Notes under the pieces: model-generated
Told to the model about the DNA's origin: nothing
Database searches by the model: none
Seen by the model: the letters and a program-made list of their open reading frames with translations, nothing else
From: Octopus vulgaris
Lineage: Eukaryota
DNA length: 64,000 nt
Assembly: GCA_951406725.2 (NCBI GenBank)
Contig: OX597833.1
Coordinates: forward strand, 47,740,001 to 47,804,000
Direction: 5' to 3'
Position numbers and translations under genes: made by a program
In this document: positions 25,487-39,320 of the stretch, one piece after another
Numbering within the stretch: position 1 is the stretch's first letter
Layout: each line of letters starts with the position of its first letter

Positions 25487-27117
25487 TTCTGTCTATGCTT
25501 GTCCCACCACCACCGCTTGATAACTGCTGTTAGTGTGTTTGTATCCCTGTAACTTAGCGGTTCGGCAAAACAAAGCGACAGAATAAGTACCAGGCTTAAA
25601 AAAAAGAAATACTAGGGGTCGATTCATTCGACTAAAAATTCAAGGCGGTGCCCCAGCATGGCCGCAGTCTAATGGCAGACACAGGTAAACGATAAAAGAT
25701 GGCAAATTAATGATTTCCCTGTGCCTGAGGAGATCTCATTCTATTTTAATTATCACAAACTAGTTTTATCATGTATAACATAATTACTACTATGAGGCGG
25801 CGAGCTGGCAGAAACGTTAGCACGCCGGGCGAAATGCTTAGCTGTATTTCGTCTGTCTTTACGTTCTGAGTTCAAATTCCGCCGAGATCGACTTTGCCTT
25901 TCATCCTTTCGGGGTCGATAAATTAAGTGCCAGTTACGCACTGGGGTCGAACTAATTGACTTAATCCCTTTGTATGTCCTTGTTTGTCTCCTCTATATTT
26001 AGCCCCTTGTGAGCAGTAAAGAAATAAGAAACATTACCACGCCGGCGGTATTTCCAGTTGAGTACGGAGCGGTTCGATGTAATCAACTTACCCCTACCCT
26101 GAAATTGCTGGCCCTGTGCCAAAATTTGAAATTAATATATTTATCATTATAGGTGTAGAGGCACATGGCCTATTGGTTAGAGCAGAGGACTCGCAATCGA
26201 ATGATCGCGGGTTTAAATCTCAGACCGGGCGATGTGTGTGTTTATAATAATGAAATTATTGTATGAAGTGCTCAGGTGCACCACAACTTGTCAAAAGTGC
26301 GTGTAACGTATATGCAGTAATGTATAAATGTCTGGAAAGCGAACAGTGTATGAGTCAGATACATGCTTGCGTGTGTATGGAGGGGAGAAAATCAGGTGTA
26401 GGGTTGGCGAATCTCAGGAAGCATGGAAGTTTTGAAGGATGCAGTGCTCCGAAACACCTAAGCGAAACACCTATGAGCGAAACACCTAAGCTCCACACGG
26501 CTCCGGCAGAAGGTAATGGCGAAACTTCTGCTGACTCTTTCGCCACAACTTTCTCTCACTCTTTCCTCCTCCATCTTGCAGCTCACCTGCAACGGACCAT
26601 CGTCCCGTCCAGGTGGGGGACCTATACGCCAAGGAAACCGGGAAACCGGCCCTTATGAGCCAGACATGAGAAGGAACAAACAAAACATCATTATAGGTAA
26701 AATTTAGTATGTTAATTATATTACCTCACCGCTTTCTAAAGCCTAACGCCTCCTTCGACATACCCAACGCCCCCTTGAGGGTGGTCTTGCCTACTTTGAG
26801 AACCTCTGTGATAGAATATGCAACAGTCAAGGACTAATGAATGACCTGTAAGCCTATCTGCTGGATTGACTTACATACAGACAAAAGGAATATCTGTAGA
26901 AGCTCACACATATGTCCATTGTTTATGTTAAAAGATGTCGTGAGGAAAAACAAAAAATAAAAGGCTTTTTGACCGTTGGCGATAAATATATATTTCATGC
27001 CGAAATCGATACTAACAGTTAAAGTGATTGTGTATCAAACATCAAAATAAATCTCAATTACTAAATATAACTCTCTGTGGCTGTGTGGTAACCAACCACA
27101 TGGTTCCGGGTTCATTT

Positions 27118-27228
27118 CTTGCTTACCAACCACATGGTTTTTGCTTACCAACCACATGGTTTTTGCTTACTAACCACATGGTTTTTGCTTACTAACCACA
27201 TGGTTTTTGCTTACCAACCACATGGTTC
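27118..27228 (+). repeat. 23-bp tandem repeat (~5 copies) derived from the SINE B head
   Basis: Units of TTGCTTAC(C/T)AACCACATGGTTT. Confidence 0.9.
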
Positions 27229-28453
27229 CGGGTTCATTCCCACTGCGTGACACCTTGGACAAGTGTCTTCTACTATAGCCTCGAGCCGACCAAAGACTTG
27301 TGAGTGGATTTGGTAGACGGAAACTGAAAGAAGCCTATCGTATGTGTGTGTGTGGAGGCGCGTGGCTTAGTGGTTAGGGTGTCAGCATCATGATCGTAAG
27401 ATTGTGGTTTCGATTCCTGGACCGGGCGACGCGTTGTGTTCTTGAGCAAACCACTTCATTTCACGTTGCTCCAGTCCACTCAGCTGGCAAAAATGAATAA
27501 CGCTGCGATGGACTGGCGTCCCGTCCAGCTGGGGAACACATACGCCATTGAAACCGGGAAACCGGGCCCATGAACCTGGCTAGGCTTTGAAAAGGGCGCA
27601 TTTATTTATTTATTATTTATTTAAAATAAGTACTGGGGTCGATTTGTTCGACTAAACCCTTTGCTGCAGTGCTCCACTATGGTTGTAGTACTCCACTACG
27701 GCCGCAGTTCAGTGACGGAAATTAGTAAAACAAAAAGTGTATTCTACAAAAATATAGCCCTCAACGGTAACACCACCAGCGTATATAATCTATCTCGAAT
27801 AGGTGAACATCAATCAACAATATCAATGATCATAGGTGCAAGCTTGGTTATATGGTAAGAAGTCGGCTTCCCAACCACATGGTTCCGGGTTCTGTCCCAC
27901 TGCATGGTATCTTCAGCAGGTGTTTCCTACTCTACCCCTGGACCAATCGAAGCTTTGTGAGTGGATATTGTTGAAAGAAGCCCACTACTAAAGCCTCGGC
28001 CTACCAAAGCATTGAGAGTGGATTAAGTAGACGGAGACTGAAAACAGCCCTTCATATATAACCATATGGTTCCGGGTTCAGTCCCACTGCGTGGCACCTT
28101 CGGACAAGTGTCTTCTACTATAGCCTCGGGCCGACCAAAGCCTTGTGAGTGGATTTGGTAGACGGAGACTGAAAGAAACCCGTCGTATATATATATGCTT
28201 GTGTGTGCGTATGTGTTTGTTTGTCTCCCCACAATTGCTTGTCAACCGATGTTAGTGTGTTTACGTCCTCGTAACTTATCTGTTCGGGAAAAGGAGCCGA
28301 TAAAATAAGTACTAGGCTTAGTTCTTCGACTAAATACCTTTTGAGGCGATGCTCCAGCATGGTTGAAACGAGGAAATTGTTGGCGTATAACAAATTTTTT
28401 TCAGATAAATTTTAACAGCAAAATTTTATATGGACCCCGGTTGAGAACCATTG

Positions 28454-28889
28454 GGATCTTTTCGGTTTGAACGGCAGTTTTTAACATAATTTCCACGTAA
28501 CTAAAAAATTTTAAACTTCGTATACTGGTAGAATGTGTTTATAAAACATCTTTTTTTCTCTTGGCTTTATTGAGAAAATTCTATAGTTTGTAAGATATTT
28601 GTTGTTTTTTCTTCAATTTTTGCAATTTCAACCAATCAATGACGTCTATTTGAGGTGAAAACATTCTGTGCCGGGTGAATATGTCCCTCGTTTAAGAAAC
28701 AGATTGGGTTTAATTACATTTGTGAAGAAAAAAGATACCCTTCCCCCTACCCCTAACCCTAACTAACCTTAACTAACCCTAACCCTAAAACAGATTGAAA
28801 TGCAATAGATCGATACTAGGGTCATAATTATGGGTGACAATTTCATATGACACCGCTAGAAAAAACTGCCGTTCAAACCGGAAAGATCC
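28454..28889. mobile_element. Same MITE family
   Basis: TIRs and internal CCCTAA repeats; TSD not evident. Confidence 0.88.
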
Positions 28890-29491
28890 CGGACGTTTCT
28901 TATATTGCATCGAGATCCTTAAGAGCTGGAACTTTGGTAGTGAGAGCATGTTTAATTATCAATCAGTTGAGTATTGTAAAACATACGTCCAAGAATAGGA
29001 TAATTCCTCTCATTTAAGCTATTTAGATATAGATATTCTTTCTATCATGTGGTAGTGAGTTCGATTCCTGGACCGGGCTATGTGTTGTGTTCTTAAGCAA
29101 GACACTTTATCTAACGTTGTTCCAGTTCACTCATTTGTAGATATGAGTTGTGAAGTCACTAATGCCAAGCTGTGTTGGCTTTGCCTTTCCCTTGGATACC
29201 ACCGGTGGGCATTGAGAGGGGAGGCTGGTATGCGTGGGTGACTGCTGGTCCTCTTTAAACAACCTTACTGGGGCTTGTACCTCGTGTGGGGGGGGGACTT
29301 TCTGGGTACAATTTCATGGTCATTCATGACCGAAGTGGGGAGGAGGTCTTTCCTCCGATATATATACATATATAGTTATGGTATATTCTGTAAAGAACGT
29401 AGTAGAGTACAGTATAAAGCCCGTCCGCCTTCAGATTTTGCCCTGTGCTATCCAGTAGTAGCATTATACGTACTTCTAAATTATATATATA

Positions 29492-29867
29492 CTAGCAGTA
29501 TCGCCCGGCGTTGCTCGGGTTTGTAAGGGAAATAACTATATAAGCATTTTTAGAGAGTTATAGCCAAAAAATAGCAAAAAAATGCATTAAAAATGGAAAA
29601 AAAATTATGGTAATTTTTTTTTAAATCGTTGACTCATCGTAGACATTTTTAGAGAGTTACCTCCCTTATATAATAGCGAAAAAATGCATTAAAATGGAAA
29701 AAAATGATGGTAATTTTATTTTTAAATCGTAGACTCATCGTAGACGTGGGCTAATGCCCAGAAGGGCTCGATATGAATCACGATTAAACTGCACCGCAAA
29801 ATGTGGGAGTAGTTAGGAATGTAAATCGTAGGAGACAGACACACAACTTCACTTTTATATATAAAGA
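29492..29867 (-). mobile_element. Non-autonomous Helitron, second copy with a small internal deletion
   Basis: Near-identical to 97-491 with the same termini. Confidence 0.85.
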
Positions 29868-31901
29868 TATGAAATACAAAATGGAACAAGAACGCAAAAC
29901 ATCCAGACAGTTAGGTGATACAAAAAAGGGACAACAAAACATCCAGATACATGATACAAAGAAAACAAGGACGGGACATTCGGCGTTTTCTCTCATATAA
30001 AACGCATGGCTCAGTAGTTAGAGTGTCGGGCTCACAGCCATGAGGTAATGAGTTCGATTCCCGGACTGGGTTGTGTGTTGAGCTCTTGAGCAAGACACTT
30101 TATTTCATGCTGCTCTAGTTCGCTCAGCTGTAAAAATGAGATGTGACATCACTGGTGCCAAGCTGTATCGGCCTTTGCCTTATCCCCTGGGTAACATCAG
30201 CGGCGTAGAGATGGGAAGCTGGTATGTATAGGCAACTGCTGGTCTTCCATAAACAACCTTGCTGAGACTTGTGCCTTGGAGGGGAACTTTCTACGTGCAA
30301 TCCCATGGTCATTCATGACCGCGAAAGGGATCTCTTTTATTCTTTCTAATTATGGCATAAGACCAGTAATTTAAAGGTAAGTAGGAAGTCGATTACATCG
30401 ACCCCACTCCTCACCTAGTATTTAGTGTATCGATTCCGAAAGGATGAAAAGCAGACAACATCAGCGGTATTTGAACACAGAATGTGAAGAGCCGGAAGAA
30501 ATGCCACTAATCGTTTTGTCCGGTGCAGTAACTAGTCTGTCACCTCGTCGTCTTTACTTAAGCAAAAATATGTTAATTTTTTTATTTCTTTATTGCCCAC
30601 AGGGGGATAAACACAGAGGAGACAAACAAGGACAGACAAAGGGATTAAGTCGATTACATCGACTCCAGTGCGTAACTGGTAGCTGGCAGAAACGTTAGCA
30701 CGCCGGGCGAAATGCGTAGCCGTATTTCGTCTGCTGTTACGTTCTGAGTTCAAATTCCGCCGAGGTCGACTTTGCCTTTCATCCTTTCGGGGTCGATAAA
30801 TTAAGTACCAGTTACGCACTGGAGTCGATGTAATCGACTTGATACCTATGTCTGTCCTTGTTTGTCACCTCTATGGTTAGCCCCTTGTGCGTAATAAAGA
30901 AAAAGTACTTATTTAATCGACCCCGAAAGGATGAAAGGCAAAGTTGACCTCGGCAGCATTTGAACTCAGAACGTAACGGCAGACGAAATTCTGCTAAGCA
31001 TTTTCCCCCGCGTGCTAACGATTCCGCTAGCTCGAAGTTTAGAAAAAAAAATCTAGTTACGTTAAGTGAGACACTACTTCAGAAAAAAAAATGAACTCGA
31101 TCTATTTAAGTTTGAAAACAAAAACAATCAAGCATTATTTAAGACAATCACCAATAACCATCCTTTCTTGTCTACTAAAATAATTTACCGAAACAAAATT
31201 ACCCGATGTGTCGATCTTGTTTATCGCTTTTTTTTTTACACCTTTTTAACGATAGCGTACAATTTGAGGGATATTTGACGACTATTTCTTGAGAACGCAT
31301 TAAATTCGTCTCTTTGGCTCGTTTTCGCAATCTTGTTAACCATTGGTAATTAATTATGGCCGCATACCACGTGGGAATGTTGCAGAATCACCTTTATTTA
31401 TTTATGTATTTTTGCACATTTGATATTAAAAATTGCATTTACATTTACTTAAGTTATGAAAAACCGCGAAAAGCAGAATCTGTGGAGCTGCAGACAATAT
31501 GCCTTGTAGAGTTACGTCCCTTGACATCTTGAATTTAGTACAGACAATATTGAAAAGGATAAACTGGCTACGTGCTCCAAGGCAACCTCTCCTGTTTCAG
31601 GTCCTAGGTACGTCAGTCCCAACCAGGGTTACCTGAGAGTTGGGAACCATTCGAACCCAACCTTAAAAAAAAAAATAGAAAACTCAGTAACGTAACTAGA
31701 AATGGTCAAATGCCAACATTGTTTACTAAACTTAATACAGGCAACGTTGTGTGGTTCAGAAGGTCGCTTTGCAACCACATGGTTTTAAGTTCAGGCCCAA
31801 TGTGCAGCACTTTGGGCGAGTGTGTTCTATTATTGGGCTGGGCTCCGACCAATGCCTTGTCGATGTATTTGATAAGCTGAAACTGTAACAGTGTGGAAGA
31901 T

Positions 31902-31935
<34 letters not shown>

Positions 31936-32669
31936 CTAGCGTAGCTAGAGTGTGCCGCCCCCCGGGACCTCACAAAAATATACATATTGCCTACAGCAGA
32001 CCCAGAAGTGGTATCAACACCATAAAAGTGCTACCTGGAGCGGACCGCCCCTGCCGTCCCCTTCAAGCTACGTTAGTGTGGTGTGTGTGTGTATGTGTGT
32101 GTGTCTGTTCTTTCATTGCTTGACAACTGGTGTTGGTTTGTTTACGCCCCATCCCGTAACGTAGCGGTTCCGCAAAAGTACCAGACTTTAAAAATAAGTA
32201 CCGGAGTCGATTTGATTGACTAAATCTTTCGAGGCGCAGCTCTAGTATGTTGGCTGTCCAATGACTGAAACAGAAGATTATAGCTAAAATCAAAACTTTG
32301 CAATACTACAAATAAGAATTTATTAAAAAAAAATACTATTGCGACAAAGTCAACTTCATCCTATATTACAATGGCTTAAATAATATCGATGTCTTCTTTA
32401 TGAGTTTACGAGTTGTGATGTCTATACCTTGATATCACTACAACTGTAACGATTGTCTAATTTCAAAGTTTCCAATATTCTGTCGGTTACGTACAAATCT
32501 TTGCAACAAATTAAACAAACATTGAGATGCATCCCGACTATCTATTATATAAAAGTACTAACGATACATTCCTCTGGTGCAAAAAGAACTATCTGTCACG
32601 CTGTAGAAAGTGGATGATAAAAGTGTATGTACAAGAGAGTGAGAGGCGGGGTCCAGATGAACACTACTG

Positions 32670-33095
32670 GGATCTTTTCGGTTTGAATGGCAGTTTTTTC
32701 TAGCGGTGTCATATGAAATTGTAACCCATAATTATGACCCTAGTATCGATCTATTGCATTTCAATCTATTTTAGGGTTAGGGTTAGTTAGGGTTAGGATT
32801 AGGGGGGGGAGTATCTTTTTTTCTTCACAAATGTAAGTAAACCCAATCTGTTTCTTAAACGAGGGACATATTCATACAGCACAGAATGTTTTCACCTCAA
32901 TAGACGTCATTGATTGGTTGAAATTGCAGAAATTGAAGAAAAAACAACAACAAATATCTTACAAACAATAGAATTTTCTCAATAAAGCCGAGAGAAAATG
33001 ATGTTTTATAAACACATTCTACCATATACGAAGTTTAAAAGTTTTTAGTTACCTAGAAATTATGTTAAAAACTGCCGTTCAAACCGAAAAGATCC
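32670..33095. mobile_element. Same MITE family, 8-bp TSD CACTACTG
   Basis: TIRs plus TSD at 32662-32669 and 33096-33103. Confidence 0.93.
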
Positions 33096-34614
33096 CACTA
33101 CTGTTGCGTTCGAATATATACATACTGATATAATTATACTATTGCCACACACACATATACATGCAGACAAAACCTAGCTGTGCGTAGGAGTGAGAATATG
33201 TGTATATGAGTGCACACCAAATAGCATTCCTATAACAAACGACGAAGTTGAAACAAAGAGAATGAGAATTGTTAATCAAGAAAGAAGACAAAATAAGAAA
33301 GATGATAATAAGCAAGAATCTAATCGCAGAAGCTAGAATGAGAAAACTGAATGGAAAAGGAAACATGAGCGAAGAGAGTGGACAAGATTTCTTAGAAATA
33401 AATCACAGGATTATGGAGGAAATGACAGGATTATTACCGAGTGAGGTGTTTAATGGCTGACAGTATGACATAAAATGGGTTGCAGTATTTTCACGAGTTC
33501 TTTTAGTATGTAAATGTTTATACATACATACATTTAACTCTGTGTGTATGTGTGTGTGTATAAAGAGTAAAAGGGCAAGGCGCATGGCTCAGTAGTTAGA
33601 GCGTCGGGATCACAATCATGAGGTAGTGAGTTTAATTCCCAGACCGGGCTCTGTTTTGTTCTTGAGCAAGACACTTTATTTCACGTTGCTCCAGTTCACT
33701 CAGCTGTAGAAATGAGTTGCAACGTCACAGATGCCAAGCTGTATCGGCCTTTGCCTTTCCCTTGTATAACATTGGTAGCATGGGGAGAGAAGGCTGGTGT
33801 GCATGGGCGACTGCTGGTCCTCCATAAACAACCTTGCCCGGACTTGTGCCTCAGGGGGCAACTTTCTAGGTGCAATCCCATGGTCATTCATGGCCGAAGG
33901 TGGTCTTTCTATATACATAAACACAATTGTTGCTGATGCCACTAAGCTGAGCAATTCTGTCTCAAGACGTCGAAACTACCTGAATTCTTAGTGAGACAGC
34001 TGTTGAAGGGTAAATTTTCGTTGAGTATTTTTCCTTTTCATTTTTACCGTTACGTATTTTCATCATTTGTGCCCATACTTTATATTTTTGACTGCCGACG
34101 CACACAGCCACACCGTTTCACGTTTGGCTTTGTACTAAATGCTGTGACACTCATCTGTTCTTTGTGTCTATCTTTTTTGTTTTTCTCCTTATCTACAATG
34201 TTGTCTCTACATATCTCCTTCTATTCCCTCCTTGCCATTTTCCGCTTCCGTTATAATCATTGATCACTCTTTTACCTTCCGGTTCATAAAGCGAACAAAC
34301 TTATTCTTCTATGCTATGTTATTTGCTGAAAAACATCGTTCAAGTATTTGTGAATTTTCATTGCTTTGTACTGTTCATGTTGCACTCTTGTTTTGCGTTT
34401 TGTCTCCTTTAATGTTCATCATAATTAACTAATGTTACATTTTTATCGAAGATGTTTTATGAGTGCACACGTTCTGAGTTCAAATTCCGCGAAGGTTGAT
34501 TTTGGCTTTCAATCTTTTAAGGTTGATAAATTGAATACCAGTGAAACACTGGGGTCGATGTTATCAACTGGCCCCTCCCCCAAAATTCCAGGTCTTGTAC
34601 CTATAGTAGAAAGG

Positions 34615-35041
34615 ATTATTATTATCATTATCATAATTATTATCATTATTATAATTATTATTATCATTATCATAATTATTATTTTTATAATTATTATCAT
34701 TATTATAATTATTATTATAATTATTATCATTATCATTATTATTATAATTATTATAATTATAATTATCATTATTATAATTATTATTATAATTATTATCATT
34801 ATCGTTATTATAATTATTATCATTATCATAATTATTATTATTATAATTATTATTATCATTATCATAATTATTATTATTATAATTATCATAATCATTATTA
34901 TAATTATCATAATTATTATTATCATTATTATTATCATAATTATTATTATTATAATTATTATCATTATCATAATTATTATTATTATTAATATTATTATTAT
35001 TATCATTATCAAAATTATAATTATTATTATTATCATTATTA
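34615..35041. repeat. Compound (ATT/ATC/ATA)n trinucleotide array between two SINEs
   Basis: Read directly from the sequence; explains the poly-Ile and poly-Asn ORFs. Confidence 0.97.
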
Positions 35042-36285
35042 CGGCGAGCTGGCAGAATCGTGAGTGCGCTGGATGAAATGCTTAACAGTATTTCGCCTGC
35101 CGCTACTGTTCCGAGTTCAAATTCCACCGGTGTTGAATTTGCTTTTTATCCTTTCGGGTCGATAAATTAAGTACCAGTGAAACACTAGGGTCAATGTAAT
35201 CAGCTTGTCCCCTCCCCACAAATTTGAGACCTTGTGCCTTTAGTAGAAAGGATTATTATTATTATCATCAGAATCAGTGTTAGAAAAATATCTCAAAGAA
35301 TTTATTCCAGTACGTTCTGAGTTCAAATCCTGCTGAGGTCAACTTTGCCTTTCGTCCTTTCAGGATCAGTTAAAATACCATGTAATAGATTTAATCTCCA
35401 CCATTTTACACACAACAAACAAAACAGTGCCATTTTATATTTACGTTCTGAGTTCAAATTCTGCCAAGGTCAAGTTTACCTTTCATCCTTTCGGGGTCAA
35501 TAAAATAAATCCCAGTCAATATTTTATTTCTTTATTGCCCACAAGGAGACAAACAAGGACAAATGGATTCAGCCAATTACATCGACCCCAATGCGTAACT
35601 GGTACTCATTTAATCGACCCCAAAAGGATGAAAGGCAATGTTGATCTCGAGTTCAAATTCCGCCGAGGTTGACTTTACCTTTCATCCTTTCGGGGTCGAT
35701 AAATTAAGTACCAGTTACACACTAGAGTCGATGTAATACCTTTGTCTGTCCTTGTTTGCTTCCTCTATGTTTAGCCCCCTGTAAGCAATAAAAAAATAAA
35801 ATATTGACTGGGATTTATTTTATTGACCCCAAAAGGATTAAAGACAAACTCGACCTTGGCAGAATTTGAACTCAGAACGTAAATATAAAATGACACTATT
35901 TTTGTCTGGTGTGTTTTATGGTTGGTCAATGAAATCAAAACCTCCCACCCTCACAAGCCATTCAAAAATTTGCTGGTCCTGTGCCTAAATTTTAAACTAT
36001 TATCAGTCCCATTAAGGACTACTAAGCTATTAATACTTTATTGCATTGACTGTATGGATGAAAAGCAGTCTTATACTGGATGGAGACCAATTCAGTCAAC
36101 AAGCCTGCCCCACTACATCCCAAAATTTCTGCCTAACCTAGAAACATTATTTCTGCCAAGGTCATTGCAGTTGGTGTAATTGACTAACTCACTTTTATGT
36201 TCAAATCCCTCCTGCTGAGGTCAACTTTGCCTTCTAGGTCAATAAGATAAAAGAACTGCCATCAATGGTATCAAATATACCTCTT

Positions 36286-36562
36286 ATAATAATGAAATTA
36301 TTGTATACAGTGCTCAGGTGCACCACAACTTGTCAGAGAGTGCATATAAAGTACATGCAGTAATATATAAATTTCTGGGAAGTGAACAGTGTATGAGTCA
36401 GATACATGCTTGTGTGTGTATGGAGGGGAGAAAATCAAGTGTAGTGTTGGCGAATCTCAGGAAGCATGGAAGTTTTGAAGGATGCAGTGCTCCGACAACT
36501 AACAACTGATGCCGGCAGTTTGTTCCATGCTTCAGCAACTCTCAGCGTGAAAAAATGTTTCC
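36286..36562 (-). mobile_element. CR1/L2-type LINE 3' end
   Basis: Minus strand KHFFTLRVAEAWNKLPASVVSCRSTASFK followed by a 3' UTR; shorter copy at about 26244-26452. Confidence 0.8.
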
Positions 36563-37482
36563 TTCTTAAATTGCTAGCCTTGTCCCTAAATCAGAAACTG
36601 TAATTTTCTGGCAAAATCATTGGAGTATTAGGAAAATAATTACCTTGTGGTATTTCTTTCGACTCTTTACACTAACATTGTTACGATTCAAATTGAAATC
36701 ATGTTTGCCTTCCATCTTTTTTTTGGATCCATGAAATAAATTACTAACAAGAACAAGCTTCAGCTTGATATTACCAACTAGAATTCTTCCCTTCGAAATC
36801 GCTGGCCTTGGACTTAATTCAGAAAATGATTTGTGGCATTTCTTCTGTCTTTTAAGTGCTGAGTTCAAATTCTGCTGAGGTTGACTTTGTCTTTCTTTCG
36901 TCCTTTCAGGGTCGATAAAATAAGTAACAGTTGAGCACTGGGGTTGATGTAATCAACTAACCCCCTTGTCCAGAATTGCTGGCCTTGTAAGTAAGGCGGC
37001 GAGTTGGCAGAAATGTTAGCGGTATTTCATCTGCCGCTACATTCTGAGTTCAAATTCCGCAGAGGTCGACTTTGCCTGTCATCCTTTCGGGGTCGATTAA
37101 ATAAGTACCAGTTATGCACTGAGGACGATATAATCGACTTAATCCGTATGTCTGTCCCCTGTGTGTAGCCCCTTGTGGGCAGTAAAGAAATAAGAATTGC
37201 TGGCCTTGTGCCACGTTTTGAAATCATTATCATTATTATTATTATTATTAAGGTGGCGAGCTGGCAGAATCATTAGTATGCTAGGCAAAATGCTAAGCAG
37301 CATTTCATCCATCTTTATGTTCTGAGTTCAAATTCTGCCAAGGTTAACTTTGTCTTTCCCTTTCAGGGTCTGTAAATTAAGTATCAGTGAAACACTGGGA
37401 TCAATTACATCGACTAGTCCCCACACCCCAAATTTCAGGCCTTGTGCCTATAGTAGAAAGGATTATTATTATTATTATTATT

Positions 37483-38024
37483 GAGTGAGAGAGCAGTGCA
37501 TGCCATCAAAGTGACACTGGGGTAAAATATACGAAACCCAGTATACCCATTATGACTACCCATCTGATAAGGGTACACTAGACACATGCATCACAACCAT
37601 GTGTGCGCGACATGGTGATCACAGCACATGACCTTGCTGGTGGAGCCCAGTTAGAATTTTCTTCTGATCGAGTAATCCATCCCGCTCAAAAGGTCCCCGA
37701 ATAAGGGTTGTTTAAGGATGTTGAACAAAACACTCGTTTCCAGAGGTGAATTATTCAAACCCCAAAGAATCCCTCTCAATACATGGCTATGATGCTCCCC
37801 CACTACTTCTGCTCGTGATCAGAGATGCACATATCGTCAACCACTAAGGGACATGCTCAACTGGTTATGGTCAAGCAACTGACAAGCAAATCTGTGGTAT
37901 TGGGCAGAATATTTGCTGTAGCCCATCTTTTATACCAAGACAAAACAATGTACATGATAACACTTCCAATCAGTGAAGATCAGAAGCCACGAGAGCCACT
38001 GCCTGGTACTGCATCAGGGCATTT
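37483..38024. repeat. Probable retroelement fragment embedded in (ATT)n
   Basis: GC-richer block with sharp (ATT)n borders on both sides; class not determinable. Confidence 0.4.
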
Positions 38025-38954
38025 ATTATTACTATAATTATTATTATTATTATAAAGGTGAGCTGGCAGAATTGTTAGGGCACCAAAATGCTTAGCATTT
38101 CTTCAAGATTTACATTCTGAGTTCAACTTTGCCTTTCATCCTTTTGCAGTCAATAAAATATGTGCTAGAGGAGCACTAGCCCCTTCCCACAAAATTTCAG
38201 GTCTTATGCCTACAGTAGAAAAAATTATTAATATTATTTTCATGTTAAAAAAAATTTTTTTACTGATAAAATAAATAAAATACCTGCCTTTTTCTGAGTA
38301 AATTTCTCTTCTCTTTTAATCAAAACAAGAGTACTGCAGCAAGCCTATAAATATGCTGCAAAGACGACTTAAATCAATCGTCTACTCATTTCAGTCATTT
38401 GACTGCGGCCATGCTGGAGCGCCGTCTTTAGTCGAGCAAATCGACCCCAGGACTTATTCTTTGTAAGCCTAGTACTTATTCTAATCAGTCTCTTTTGCCG
38501 AACCGCTAAGTTACAGGGACGTAAACACACCAGCATCGGTTGTCAAGCGATGTTGGGGGAACAAACACAGACACACAAATATATACGACGGACTTCTTTC
38601 AGTTTCCGCCTACCAAATCCATCCACAAGGCTTTGGTCGGCCCGAGGCTATAGTAGAAGACATTTCCCCTAGGTGCCACACAGTGGGACTGAACCCGGAA
38701 CCATGTGGTTGGTAAGCAAGCTACTTACCACACAGTCACTACTACTTCACAACAAAACTTGGCAGTAAATTCATCTTTAAATCAAAAGAAAATGTAGATG
38801 TTACATCTGGCAATAAAAAGAAATATAAATACAAAACAAAATAAAAAAGAATTATCAGCAGTAAAGTTTACTGAGGAAATGAAAACTAATGAAATTATGT
38901 ACGTTTATCCCAAATGAAGTCTATTCCATAGTGGAAAATTCAAAAAAAAAAAAA

Positions 38955-39320
38955 AAAAGCACCATCCGAATGTGGCCGATGCCAGCGCCGCCTCGACTAG
39001 CTTCCGTGCCGGTGGCACATTAAAAGCACCGACTGATCGTGGCCGATGCCAGACTCCCCTGGCACCTGTGCCGGTGGCACGTAAAAAGCACCAACCGATC
39101 ATGGCCGCCGCCAGACTCCCCTGGCACCTAAAACGGTGGTACGTAAAAAGCACCCACTACATTCGCGGAGTGGTTGGCATTAGGAAGGGCATCCAGCTGT
39201 AGAAACACTGCCAGATCAGACTAGAGCCTGGTGCAGCCTCCTGGCTCCCCAGACCCCAGTTGAACCGTCCAACCCATGCTAGCATGGAAAACGGACATTA
39301 AACGATGATGATGATGATGA
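38955..39320 (+). mobile_element. Retroposon with internal GTGCCGGTGGCACGTAAAAAGCAC subrepeats and a (GAT)n tail
   Basis: Copies at about 52300-52710, 53585-53903, 48660-48900(-) and 62320-62600(-). Confidence 0.75.

Noticed and set aside
27118-27228. Regular short repeats resembling a CRISPR array
   Set aside because: No unique spacers; SINE-derived tandem repeat in a eukaryotic genome
34432-35127. Long poly-Ile and poly-Asn ORFs (214, 175 and 187 aa)
   Set aside because: Translations of a trinucleotide microsatellite flanked by SINE sequence
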